A DNA stretch of 64,000 bases from Paraspadella gotoi. Its lineage: Eukaryota; Animalia; Chaetognatha. Numbering within the stretch: position 1 is the first letter of the stretch; the number at the start of each line of letters is the position of its first letter. Position numbers and translations under genes: made by a program. Under the pieces are notes generated by a model, which was not told where the DNA came from, did no database searches, and saw only the letters and a list, made by a program, of their open reading frames with translations. The stretch is taken from contig CM119267.1 of assembly GCA_051294375.1 (NCBI GenBank), positions 7,792,683 through 7,856,682 on the forward strand. The letters are read 5' to 3'. Shown piece after piece: positions 50,901 to 64,000 of the stretch.

Positions 50901-53900
50901 AATCCGGTGGCGACTATGATTGTAAGGGCCAAAAGCTTGCTCGCCGTAAAAAATATCTGCATTGTGTAACGATTGTTAAAGAGACATTATACGTAAATAA
51001 TGGGAAGACCATCATTCTTATCATTTGAGTTCTGATAGATAATCTGGTGGATTCACTATAAGTCTCCCTAATTCCGTATTGAGATTAAATTCAAGCCACA
51101 CACAATATTGAGAAGAACCTGTATTTTCGTGGCAGCTTTGACACCGTAAACGTTGATAGCGGTTACTACGAGAATAATAACTGCAGCAATGAGACGGTTT
51201 GCTAAGTCTGGCACGAAACCTGCATAAAACGTTTAAGATTGAAAACGATCACTTTTAGCGTATTTACAATCTTTGATAAAATTAAACATCTCCTGAAACT
51301 CTCACAAGTTGGAAAGACTGGCTTGAGAACGTAGGTGGCAAATATGCAGGCGGAGGCGGCCACGGTTGCCGGAGTCAAAAGGACGAGGTTCATCCAAAGG
51401 ATCAAGAACGCGGGAAGAGGACCGAAAGTCTCGCGCACGTAAACATATTCCCCGCCTGTGTACCGCAACAAAAAAATTAAACATCCGCCCTGACAAAAAT
51501 CCGTTTATATCCTGTTATATTGGTTGTACCAATTTTATAATAATTACTAAACCTGATTTTGGTATAGTCGTCCCGATTTCTGCAAAGCACAGCGCGAACA
51601 GTGTAGCCGAAATGCCGCACCTTCAAGTCAAACAATGAAAAAATATTCAAGACGAGAATATTATGTGATCGCACCGCATTATCAACGGCTTTAGGTGCAT
51701 CAGACCACTACTACATTAGTGGCGGACTTATTTCTGTCACGCGTTTAGAAAAAAAAAAGGATAGACAAGAAACATAATATTTGGATAGTCAAGTTAGACT
51801 TAGTCCGCTCGCGTTTCAACGGATATTTGATTACGAAAGTTGTAACGAGAGAAAGGAGCGGATCACGAAGTTTACGTCATTACTTACTACGCAGTTAATT
51901 CTTTCTATGTTAGGTATCATCTCTCGTGATTATTCCGACGCATTTTTAATCTCATATTCCATATATACAAATTATAATTTATACGTCTAGTAAAAAAAGT
52001 TTGAATTTAGGCGACATACCCTTCATCTCTCCTCTTTCTCCGGTCAATCCACACATTCACTTTGCCCTAGCTTTGGCAATGACCTTAGTCTAAGGCTTAG
52101 ATTGACCGGACACCGGGCAATGATAAAAGTGGATCAGGAGAGAGCTCGTCTCACTTCTTTTCTTCTTCTCTTACATCGTTACATTCGTTACAATCCCTCA
52201 TCTTTTTTCCTACCTTTATTTTCGTTTTCTACAGAATTTTGATTTCAAATTTTCAACGGTAATTATAACGTCCTACCCCTAATACCCAAGAATACCCGGA
52301 ATAACTTGGGACAAAATTAAAGCCATTAACTTACCAAAGCCACACTACGAGTGAGAGCCCGACCGAATTGACGTTTTCCACCACGCCGACTGGAGAAACG
52401 AAAATCCCGGATCCGATTATGACTCCTGTAACTATAGAAACACCACCAACGAGGCCAACTTCTCTTTGAAGTCGAACACCATCTGATTGCGCGGGAAATA
52501 TTAACAGGAACTTAAATTATTGGCATTGATTGAGAAATTAACTATGAGAAAGTGAATCTTACCCTGCTTGTCCCTGTCCTCGGACTGGTCCTCAATACGT
52601 TGCATGGTGCGTGTCGAAATTTTCTCAACGCAGTAGTTGTAAAATTTATCGCCTTAATCTTTCCTATTTTTTTTATGTCACATATTATGTTCTTTATGGA
52701 AAATAATGGAAAAAACTTCAACTTAACAAAAATCCATAAAATTCTCAAAAACGCTCATAAAACTTTAAAAGAGGCCAGCTGAGTTTGTGATTGTGCTTGA
52801 GCCATCCCGTAAAATTTTAGAGGAGTTAAATTGCAAATTTGGATTAACATGAAACTAATAGTATAGTATTAGTAAGCGGGGACTAATGAGAGTTGTTAAA
52901 TACAGTACGAATTGGTGAATTAAAATAAAAATATGGTATTTAAAAAAAAATTAAGAACTCAAACTCCGTCAAAATATTTATTGTGATGATCCATACTAAT
53001 TAATGAAGAAAAAAAGCAGTTTGTGGGTAATATTTTTTTGGACGGCGGTGAATGTCAAAATCGTGATAAACACGACCAGGGTCGGAAGGCTCGCCACTAG
53101 AAGGGGAGGAGGACGATAGGGATGACGATGAAAAAGTTGAAGAGATGCTCCAAACTCCAAAGGGAAAATAAAATGAAAAAAATCTCGAAAGTTTTTTTTT
53201 ATTTTTAGGTGAAGCGGAACACAAAATCGACTAGACTTGAGAAATATTGAAATATGTCCGAAAGGCCCTTCTGTTCTGGCCTTCAATATCTGAAGATTTT
53301 TGTACTCGAGTCTAGAGTAAAAAAATTTGATAAAAAAATTAAGCCTGGAAGAAACTTCAATGATGATCATGATGCATTTGAAAAATCCCACGTGGTCGAG
53401 GGTTCGGCGTTCGCCCGCGAATAAGTTAAGCAATACGTATCAATGCAATGAAGGAGAAAAAAATCTAGGGCGATATTATGTTTTCATTTGCGAAGACACA
53501 TACTATTGTTGTCGAAAATTAAGATAGGGTAATAATAAGAGTAAATAAAAGTTATAAACTAATTAAACTAGCAGCGAATGTTCAATTTTGTATTTAAGTT
53601 ATATTCGATCTAAATTTTAAAAATATAATCTGAATATATTAATTAATTTACATGGAATGTGACCTAAGGATCAATTTCCAAAAATGTACAGTAATATATT
53701 TATTGAACAAATGGATGGTTTTACTAATTTGGAATTTCTAATTTCATAATCATATATAATATTAAAACGGCAAAATAAAACCAACAAAAGACTGTCACTA
53801 TCTGATANNNNNNNNNNACAGCTTTGCTTAGCTTGCAGCGTAAAACAGAGCATTCATATTTTGATCGCCATTTTCCAATTTTTTAACATCTTCCCCGGTA

Positions 53901-54771
53901 GCCTCTTCGGAATGAAGAGAGCCGGCTTTCGCGAATCCCGAACGAAAGCCGACTTCGACGCTTCGGCTACATCCGAACTTATAATTTTTTTTTTTTGCCT
54001 GCTGTTCTCAGTCAATGTTGAATTCGATCAATTCTCCGTTTCAAGCGAGTAATTAATGATCTGGATATAAATTTTTCTTATTTTCAACCACTTAGTTTTT
54101 GGACTCGGTAATTACAAAATTCATCATTGCCCTCAACCGCAACCGCTTCTGCTACCCTAAACGATTCAATACTTATAATTTTGGCGTTTAGTATAAGACG
54201 ATGAGCAAGATCACGCTTAATTTCGTTTTCACCCTAGTTTTGGTGATTTTTACTTTACTCGTTGTTTTAGAACTAGTACCATTTAATACATTTACATACT
54301 ACATAATATAATTTTCTTGACGAAATATGTAGTCATGAACTTGATTTAATGAAAACACTCACCATTGAGAGATACTTCAGTGAAACGATTTTTCTCTCCA
54401 CTGAACTTTTCGTCTTCTTTCTCATCATCCTCCTCCTTTCTTTTTTCCTCTTTGTCGACTGCCATCAGAAGTCCGTCCTCCGCTTCTTCCATGATGGCGC
54501 CGCAACCCCTTCCTCTGCCGCCTTTGCTTGTCACCGAGGATGAAAAAACGGCAGCGACTGCGGTTGAAGAGTCACGATCGACTGCACTCTCGAGGTTTAT
54601 CAAATTCGAAGATGCGCCATTGATGGTGGAAGAGTGGGTGTCAACGGATAAAGCTCTGTTGGGAAGGGAGACGAGTTCTCGACAACTGAACTCGGAAGAG
54701 ACGGTAGCAGAGGAAGATGTGATTATCGAAGGCCCGAAGTCGGCCAAGAGAGGCGTTATTGCGCTCGACAT
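47940..54771 (-). CDS. SLC7-family L-type amino-acid transporter (heteromeric light chain, LAT/y+LAT/xCT-like), ~12 exons
   Basis: Motifs [65 protein letters not shown] (heavy-chain disulfide Cys), [49 protein letters not shown] and TGLPVYLIF; stop at 47940. Confidence 0.93.
48456..49080. mobile_element. hAT-type MITE, copy 2 (uninterrupted)
   Basis: TIR TAGGGTGGAG/CTCCACTCTA with a perfect 8-bp TSD atgtgtat. Confidence 0.9.
53808..53817. other. Assembly gap (10 N)
   Basis: Run of N in the sequence. Confidence 1.
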
Positions 54772-55759
54772 TGTTCGCTGGAAAAAGAATTTTAAAAAAT
54801 TACACTTTATAATTATATGGCCAGTGTGTTGTTTCATTTTTACCACTCGACTTTATTTGCCCTTTCTTTCTCTCTTTTTCTCTCTCTTTCTCTGTTATAT
54901 CTTTATTATATCTCTATAAATCTGCGGTAGAAGTCGGTATTAACAACTGAAGTATAACCCTTAATATTATGAATATGCTGGGTTGGCCTAACCAATCTTT
55001 TTTTGTTTGTATTCATTTTTATTTTAACAACTGCAACGATTGTTAACTCGAAACCATCGTGAAGGGTGAAGACAAAGAATTATTACAAAGATGAGTTGAA
55101 ATCCTCGCCCTAACTCAAAGACTATTTGATACAGTCAATGAAACTTTGCTTCAAAACGCGATCGGCTGACTTTTACAAAAAAATCTCTCGGAGAGAGACG
55201 AAACCGAAAATAGGGGGAAGGGGGGAAGTTGGTGATGCGGCGAGTGTAGATTGTATTTTGCAGTTGGAGTTAGGTGGTTGTCAAGTTCAGTGGGTTATGA
55301 TGCACGGACCGATCGGTCGAATTAGCGAGTGAAACTAAAACGCTTTTAAAAGTATTTTATACTGTTTTTTCTTTCTCCCAGTCTTCTTTTCACTTGCCGT
55401 TATTTGCGTCAAGAATTTGTCTTTCGAAAATAAAAAAAACTTCAGGGTACCGAACTCGAGTTATTTTTCTCTGATGAAAAATACTGATCCTACTCCTGAG
55501 AGAAAACTTTGGTTCGTTTAAAGATATTTTTTTTTTCGCGTCTGAGGCGTGGAGAAAATCAGTAAAAAAATGGCCGACGATGAAGAGGGAATTTGTACAC
55601 ACGGGTGAGCGATGGCTGAAAATGGACTGAACCGCGGGCGCAAAGGAGATTCTAATCATCGCTTGTATAATAAATAAGTTTAATAAAATCGTCCCTATAA
55701 AACTTTCGTCATTCTCTCACTTTGGCGCTTTTGGCTTTGTTCGCTTTGAAAAGTCCACC

Positions 55760-58700
55760 ATGGCTTCAGATCCGCTGAGGCCACCGTCGAGAACGAAATT
55801 CGCTTCTGTCTATTTTGCGTCAGGCGAGACACATTTATTTATCTGTTTTGAGACGCGGTGTAAAAACTTTACCGTAATTAATTGTAATTTTTATAAAAAA
55901 AGATTTTTTTTAAATAGATAATTTAAAAAAATTATATTTAAATACTACGTTAAGTATAATAGAAACTAATTTATTTTTTAATTTATGATGATTGTTTCAA
56001 CTAGAATCGTTTCATGATGTAAAAAAAAAATTGCTTAAATTTTTTTCGTTATATTCAATAGTCTTTAATCTAAAATGGTTCGAAACTTGTGTTCATAACT
56101 ATGAAGATTTTTTCCCCCAATTATGTCAACTAAAACCATCAATAAAGGATTTCACCAAGATCCACTCTAACTGGACTAAATTCCTCGTTATAGAAAGGAT
56201 GAAGTGTTTAAAGCAGGAACATTGATATGCAAAATTAACAAGTAAGCTTAAACAACTTTGTATTAGCATGCTTATCTTTCTAAGTTCAATTTTTTAAAGA
56301 CCTTTTTTGTCACCTATTTTTAGAATTTAAAAATGATTATTACAAAATTGTTATTAAACACTTCTCAAAATTTTAATCTAACCGGCTCACCAAATTTTTC
56401 GCTCCCTAATTATGTAATTATAATTTATATTGATAATCTTTATCAACTTCGGACTATTTTCTTTTTTTAGTTGGACCGGAAGCTTCAGGAATGGATTCCA
56501 TAAATGGAATTTCCGACGAAATGACAAATAAAATGGAATTGATTCCTAAAAACGTTCGGAAAGGTTATTGTGACGTGTGCAATGTGAACTGTGAAGTGTG
56601 CACTCTGCAGGTTGATTTATATTTTAACTCTTTATTGCTATTTCTTCCCTTTATTCAATTATTTTTGAAAAAAAAAAGTACATGTATGTCATCACAGATG
56701 AATGAAACCCGGAAACAGAGGAAAGGATTAAGGAAGAGGATTCCGGAAGAGGAAGAAAATATGTTTTTTTCTTTCTTCTAATATATGACAAAAGCTTTGT
56801 GTAACTTTTTTAGATGAGGAAGAATATATGATATAATGAAGAAAAAATGTTAATAATAAAAATCGTTCTTTTAACGTTCGCACCCATTGTGCCGGTTTTT
56901 TATTATGATATACATAATCACCCGAACGACATAAAACAGAAAAAAAAAGAAAGATTTTTTTCGTGTTAAATTTCAGCCTCTTCTGTCGATCTGATCGATT
57001 TTAGCGAACCGATGGATGCAACAACCATCGCCTCCAACCAAAACTCTAATTTTCGCAAGTCGGTAAGTACCTATTTGCTCACCTAAACTTTTTTCTCGAT
57101 AAATAAATGTTTTTGTTCGTTTATTTGTATATTTGTAGAGAGGGGAAGATCTAAAATTCATATTATTATATTCATATATTCTTGTGTTTAATTCCCCGTG
57201 TGTTTATGAAACTGTTAAACTGTTTAATAAAAAAAACTGGACCAACGATGTCCACCAAGTCGGATTAACTTTCCCCCTTGACGTCAAAAGAAAAACCTCG
57301 ATGATTACGAGACCAGAAACGTTTGCGCGGCCAAAGTCTGTAAAATGAATCTTTCATCTTTATTCGTGATTCAGTCGAAAACTGCAACGTTCGAAATGAA
57401 TTGTAACGAAGGAGAAATGACGTTCGATCGGCAAGTAATCGAAGCGAACTACGAAAAATACAAGTGAGAATTCTAGTGTTGTTAATCGTTAATAGTTATT
57501 AGTTGTTAATAAGTCATTTGTACATAGTACAAGGTGCAACGTCACCCTAAATACCGAAACCTAGTCTTACTTTTACTGTGAAATCAAGTCTTGTTTCTGT
57601 TCCTAACTTTACTTAACGATTAAATTTTGTCATCTTTCGTCATCTTTTTATTAACTTTAAGCCACAACGTCATTTCGGCCCCGCCACCGGAGGAGCTGGA
57701 AATCGCTGAGATCACTAACCGAATGACTCGTCCCAGTTTAGAAGGGCGAGAGGCCGGCGTGGAACTACGGTCGTCAGAAGTGAGTCCATTTAAAATTGTT
57801 CTCATGATGTAGGAGGCAATCCGGAAAATTCTATCCAATGTCCACTCAGGCCAATTTTCAAAAAATATCACGCCCTCAAAAAAAAAAAAAAAAAAATTGG
57901 TTTGATTACTTGATTAATGTACTATTTACATTGAACAGAATTATCTCCACGACCACGATGCCGCCACCTCCGTCTCGATCCACCCATCGCCACGCCCTCG
58001 AGGGCCGCCCTATCCCCACGCCAACATCCACGGGCGCGCGGATCTCGTCCATCTTTCTGCCAACGCCGCCGCCAGCGCTTCGTCAGTGCTCAGTCCGACT
58101 CAGCAGCTTCATCAGCAACAGCACGACCCTGCCATCAACATCGGCTTTCAACAGCACCAGCTCCACATCCCGCGAACTCTGTCGCGCACGCCGATTCACT
58201 TGCAGTCGACTCGCACTCACGAGGTCGTCCCCAGCCACGCGCATCGTCAAGCGCCGCTTCACGTGCCGTCGGGAGCCCAGCCGCCACCACCGGCTCCCCT
58301 CAACGCCCCTGCCACCGCGCGTCACGGCGACGCACCTGTCGTTCTTAGCATGGGCGCTCCATCGGCGCTTCATGTGCCCCGCACGGTGGGAGCACCGGAC
58401 GTGGCGTCCCTGAGTCTGCCTATGTCGCCGCAGCCGAGCCGCTCGGTCAAGATGAGCCAGGGTCTATCGAGCCCGCTGCACATCAAGTCCAAGACCGAAT
58501 CGCCGAACCCCGGGCGGTTCCACGTTGAGCTGGTGCGTTCGAGAACGGCCGAGTCGCCGAAAGTAGACACCCCCATAGTGCACTCGCCGGTTGTCGGCGC
58601 CGTCCGCCCGCCTCCACGTCGCCGAGCCACGTCCGTTCCCGAGCGGCGACGGGAAGAAGGGGTGGGCGGTGCCGACGCCGACGATAGCGCCGCGGAAGAA

Positions 58701-61700
58701 GCGACTGTAGATGCACGCCACGTAGATGCACGCGCCTTAGATGTAGTTTCCCTAGATGCACGCGATGATTATAATAAAATTGCGCGAGCCACGCATGCGC
58801 GCTCGTCGTCGGCAGAGCGTTTCGTCGACGAGACTTCAGAATCCAATTCTAGATTCGACGCGGGACTGAAGTCGTCGTCTTCGGTGGAGACGAGCCTTTC
58901 AAATGTCCCTTCCACGATTTCGGCACCTCCAGACTCTTCTCCGTTTAAGCAGGAATTCACGGGGACGACGTCGACATCCAGAGACGCGAAAAACGATTCT
59001 GAAGGCGGAGGAAACTACGCGGTGAGGACGTCGGATCCAGCGTCGTCCGGCCCGGAATTCACGGACTTCGTGACCGGCAACATTCCCGCGGAATACGCCG
59101 GCATCTTTGGCCGCACGCCGGGTGACGGGTCGACGAAAGATACGGGTGAGCAGCAGGCTCGTTGTAAAAAGCGTCCTAAATGAGTGTAGTAATTAGTCAC
59201 TGACAGGCCCTCAACTCAACGATTTTGTTCAATCATTCTCTGTGATCTTCAGAACCGCGAAAACCACCACGGAAGTTCGCTTCAGTCCCGCCACCATCCT
59301 CTCCATCGATGCCCCGCGCGTTGCAGCGCCTCGTCGGAGCCAACCAACCCGTCCAGCTTCCGGTTCCGATCCCCGTTTCGGGCGACAACGCTGCCGCCAG
59401 CGGAAGAAAGACGCTGATGCCGTCCGAAATTGCCGCATCCAAGAAAGCCAGTCTCTATCAGGGGAAATTGTTTCGAAAAATTCAGAAGATGACGTCGACG
59501 GAGGATGACCAAGGTAGACCTTAATATTATATAATATAATATATTATTACATTATAATCACAAATAATAACCGGATTCAGTATAGTAATGATGATTGATC
59601 GATGATTGATGGATCAATCAAGATTTTTCTTCCAGATTCCCGCGCTTCATCCACGGCCTCCTCAATTTCTAATGCCTCCTCCTCCTCTTCATACTCCTCA
59701 TCCTCCTCCTCCTCTTCCATTGTTAGCGTTAAACGTAAATCTCCATCGCCCGAATATAAAAATCAGGTACGAGAGTTTTATCGCGAAAATGAAAATCAAG
59801 TTTCCTCAAAGATTTATTTTGAGCTTTTCGTTTGACGATTCTTTAAGTCAAACTCCCGCAGTCGAGACTCTCTTGTCTTTGGCTGAAACTATACTAGACT
59901 GACCTCCCAAACTGTTAGTCACTCCTGCCTCCGATAATTTCCTGAAGGTTCTCACAAACGATCGAGGAGCCAGTCCCAGTCGCCCCTTCTCCCCCGGCCG
60001 CAGCCTCAGCCCCTCGGAATCTTTGAACTCCCGCCGCAGCCTCAGTCCGACGGGCGCCATCAGCCCTGAATCGCAAAGAGTCGGGCAGCCACCCATCATA
60101 TTTCCGCGTCACAGTGAGTAAAAGGGAACCTAACCCGAAGAAGAAGAAAGGTGACAGCAAAAAATAGCTCACTTGTCCGAAAATGATGTTGTGATTGTTT
60201 GTTTGATGTTTTGCTTTTGTTTTTCAGACTCGAGCAAACCAATGGATCATTTTGAGTTGAACAAGTTGATGCATCCTTTACCCAACGAAGCTCATTTTCC
60301 GGCACCGGGTAAGAGTTTCTTTCTTCTCGAGACTTCATCACCTGCGACTTGTCCTAGATTGAGAGATTTCCAGTGATAGAATCCTCGAATCGGTTTCTTT
60401 GTTGCATAAAGATGGTCTGAACAAGGATGGACTGACCTAATTTGTGCTATGAGCGCCATCTTTTTACATTTTAACAACGAATTCCAAATTGAACAAATGA
60501 ACAATTTCTTAGAAAAACTATTATAAGTCCCCCTCTCCTGTTTCAGCCTCTGATGCTTCAACGAACGACCCAGTCCTCTCTCTCGACGCCGACGCGTTGG
60601 CGGCCCAATTGCGGAATCCACCGGAAGCGGAGCCTTTCGCCGAGGGGGATCTCGGAACCGACCCCACTTTAAAGCCGCGATGGACGGTCGGCGGCGCCAC
60701 CCCTGCCTTTATCTCGAAAAACTTTCAACCGCCGCCGAATTTCGGTAGCGCCAAGGCCATCAACAACAATAGGTTTATAGTTAAATTCGATGCTTTTGAC
60801 GTCGCCATCCTTTTTTTTTTCAAAAAAATATTTTTTTTTAAAAAAAACGCAGATTTTCAGTATCGGGCTTGTTATCGCCATCTCCGTTTCGGCGGATGGG
60901 TCGCTCCAGCAGCGTTTCCCGCGTCGAGGATTCGCCGCCGATGTCGCCGCCGATGCATCAGATGCAACCGCTGCAGCAGCAGCAGTTGCCTCGGCTTCCT
61001 CCCTTTAATCCGCGACCGAAAAAATTCATTAAACAATCAAAGTTGGAAAAGATGTTGTATGAAACTTACGTTCGAAAACCGGGTAAGTTAATTAACATTA
61101 TAGAATCTTTCAAAAACTATATCATCTTATTTTCGTGTTCTTAGTCCATTTCAATGCGTGATTTTTATTCCAAAAGGCAAAGAGAATCTTACATCGAGCA
61201 AAATCCAAGAAAATCTGCCCGTTGACTTCCAGCAACAACCACAACAACAGCAGCAACCACAGCTACAACAATTAAAACCAAAAGAAACTAATTCACAACA
61301 GCAACAAGAACTAAGTCATAATTTTAATCAACAAGAACCAAAAGAAGAAAAAGGAACACAACAACAGCCACCTCCGCAGACTCAGCCCCGTCAAACGATG
61401 AGGATGATGTCGGAGCCGCCCAGAGCAAAATCCCCCGCCATTCCGGGGGAAAAACTAACAGGTGATATACATGCAATTATTTTCAACCATTCTGAAGAAA
61501 GACCAACAGTAATACCTCATAATACTTCAAAATACCTAATTTTATCGTCATTCCTTATAATACCTCATTTTATTTTATAGAAAAACCAACATTAATATCT
61601 CGTAACACCTAATTTTTATTGACAACCGGACGAAATTCAGACAATAGGCTAGCCGTTTATATTAAAATAGTTGTATCTATAAAGTACCTCAGCTGAGTCG

Positions 61701-64000
61701 TTGTTGTTGTTTTTTAGTTTCTTCTGTTTTTTGTCATTCGAGAGAATTTCTGGGGAAGAAACTGATAAGAAAAAAAAATGGTAGAAAAAGAACAAAAGAC
61801 CGCAGTTCTTGAGTCTTGACGCCAAATTCCGACTCGTTCAGTGACCTTCGCTGAGGCTCCGTGCATCATCAATTACACTCGCGACGACAGCGCTGACGAC
61901 GACGACGACGACGACACGATCTTCAACGATCCTTTGCCGCCGACGCCGCCTGCAACTGCCGCGCCGCTGAAACCCAACCTGGTCGGTAGTTCTGTTCGTT
62001 AGGCATTTTGTTATTAATTTTTTGGGCAATACGTTAAAACGTACGGTCTAACAAATGAGGGTTAGTGACCACTACGTAGTATTATTTTTAAACAAGAATC
62101 TTAATTTATAAATCTCGACTTAAGATTTTAAATTTAATGACAGATTCCAAAACATTCCAACGCCACTCAAGGGCAGGAGGAAGTCGTCGCCAAAGAATTT
62201 CACTTTGATCAGGTAATGAGATTTTTGTAATTCTAATTCGGAATAACAATCGATGAAAAACGCTGCGTAAAATGAAAAAAAATATATTATTACATTTTCT
62301 TGTTTTGTTCCGTACGCTTGATGGCTCATGATGCTCGTCTACGTAATTATGCAATGATGCGAAAAAAAGTATTGCGAAACCAACATCAAGAATATCGCTG
62401 CCCTTTTTAATCTCTTCCCGAAGGATCATCTGCACATCCGCGAGGAATCTCTGCAATCCACTGCGCAGGAGGAGTCACATCGACAGCCCCACCCCGTCGC
62501 CGTAGCAGATGAAGAGGAGCCGGCCCAGCATCTGCAAGAGCAGCAATCTTGGGAGCTCCATCAGCAGCGATTAAAGATGCAGCAGGAGGAGGAAAGGAGG
62601 AGAAAGAAGGCGGCCGACGAGGAACGAAGGAGCAGGGAGGAGGAAGAAAAGTTGAGGCTTCACGTGGAGGAAGTGAAGAAGAAGCAGGAGGAGGAGGAAA
62701 CGAGGGTGAGGGAGGAAATGAGAATGGAGGAGATGAGGAGGGAGGAAGAGGAGAGGAGGAAGGAGGAAGAGAGAAAGGAGGAGGAACGGAGAAAGGAGGA
62801 AAAGAGGAAGGAAGATAAGAGGAAGGAGGAGGAAAAGAGGAAAGAGGAGAAAAGAAAAGATGAAGAGAAAATAAAGGAAGCGGAGAGGAAGAGAAGGGAG
62901 GAAATTAAAAAAGCTTTGCAGCTTAACAGAGAGAAGGCGAGGAAGGATGCGGAAAAGACGGAAGACGCGAGGAAAAACAACGAGGAGAATCGTCGAGTGG
63001 AGGAAGAATTGAAGAAACAGTTGAAGATGGAATTCGAGGCGGAGTTGAGGGAAGAGTTGAAGAAGCAAGAAATAAAGATTAAGGTAATTATTATTATTAT
63101 TATTAATATTAGTATTATAATTATTATTATTTGTTCAAAAAATAACCGTCTGTAACCGTCTGCTCCTAACATTCAGGTGCAAGAAGAGATGAAATCCCGA
63201 TCGAAACAGTCGACGAAGACGACGACGAACGATTCGAAGGAGCAGACGAACGCTGGAGAAGGTTCGGCCGCGATGGAAGAGAATGACGGTCGTAGCCTCA
63301 GAGGCGGCGACTCGACGGCGCTTCCGAACGTCGAAGCCTATGACTCCAAGGACGACGAGTTGCGACAGCGACTCGAGCAAAAATTGATCAAGGAGCAGGA
63401 AGAGATCCGCTTCAAGCAGCTGCAGCGCGAGGCGTCCAAGATTCAAGGTCGGCTGGATGAGCAGCGACGCCGCATGCAGGAGCTGAACCCACGCAACAAA
63501 AAGTCTAGTCTGTTTATACAGGTACTAAATTTTACTAAGAAAACGAGCATAATTTGTTGATAAAACGTTTTAAAATTAAACCAATTAGTGTCTTGTAGTT
63601 TATTCGGAATTTAAAATTGATTTTGGAATGTAGCTTCGAGAATGGATCGCTCAGCAATTGATATTTTGTTGATGACCGATATAAAAACCGATTCCAGGTG
63701 GCTGCGGAAAGCAGCAGCGGACGACCGACTCCGGCGCAAAAAGCCTGCGTTCACCGAACTCGGAGCGTCGCAGTGGACCGCATGACGCAGTCGATGACGG
63801 GAGAGTTGTCGGAGAGGATCGTCTCCGACGACGCCAGACTAATGAGTCCGCAGTTCCCCGACGGCTCGAGAATCGATCCCGAGGAGCAGTGGCAACAGTG
63901 GCAGCAGCTGCAGCAGCTGCACCAGTTACGCCAAACCATGATGCGGCGACAACAGGAAACTAGGGACGAGACGACCGAAGTGCTGGATTACACGATGACG
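55760..64000 (+). CDS. Large low-complexity protein (Pro/Ser/Gln-rich, with an ER/K single-alpha-helix and coiled-coil region); 3' partial
   Basis: Kozak-like ccaccATGg at 55760; phase-consistent exons 55760-55823 (GC donor), 56471-56563, 56976-57061, 57375-57463, 57662-57779, 57940 onward; EEERRKEEERKEEE tract at 62577-63080. No family recognised. Confidence 0.7.

Noticed and set aside
62571-63172. Hydrophobic minus-strand ORFs resembling membrane proteins
   Set aside because: They are the antisense of the purine-rich ER/K exon.

Overview
Eukaryotic (metazoan invertebrate-like) nuclear DNA with GC-rich exons, short AT-rich introns and one 10-N gap (53808-53817). Genes reconstructed by hand-splicing: 5' part of a Phactr-family gene (-, runs off the left edge); a 3-exon 82-aa membrane microprotein and an orphan gene (+); a complete ~31-exon Nipped-B/NIPBL cohesin loader (-); a multi-C2H2 zinc-finger gene (-); a coiled-coil protein (-); an SLC7 L-type amino-acid transporter light chain (-); and a large low-complexity/ER-K helix protein (+, runs off the right edge). 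Introns hold many non-autonomous elements: Tc1/mariner- and hAT-type MITEs, HINE-like pieces and a TTAGGG-carrying MITE. Most notable are Penelope-type remnants with minimal hammerhead-ribozyme motifs and a miniature LTR retroelement (TRIM) whose LTR carries a tRNA-like Pol III promoter. Splice sites look relaxed, with several GC donors and many AAG acceptors. All exon models are manual inferences; no database searches were run.
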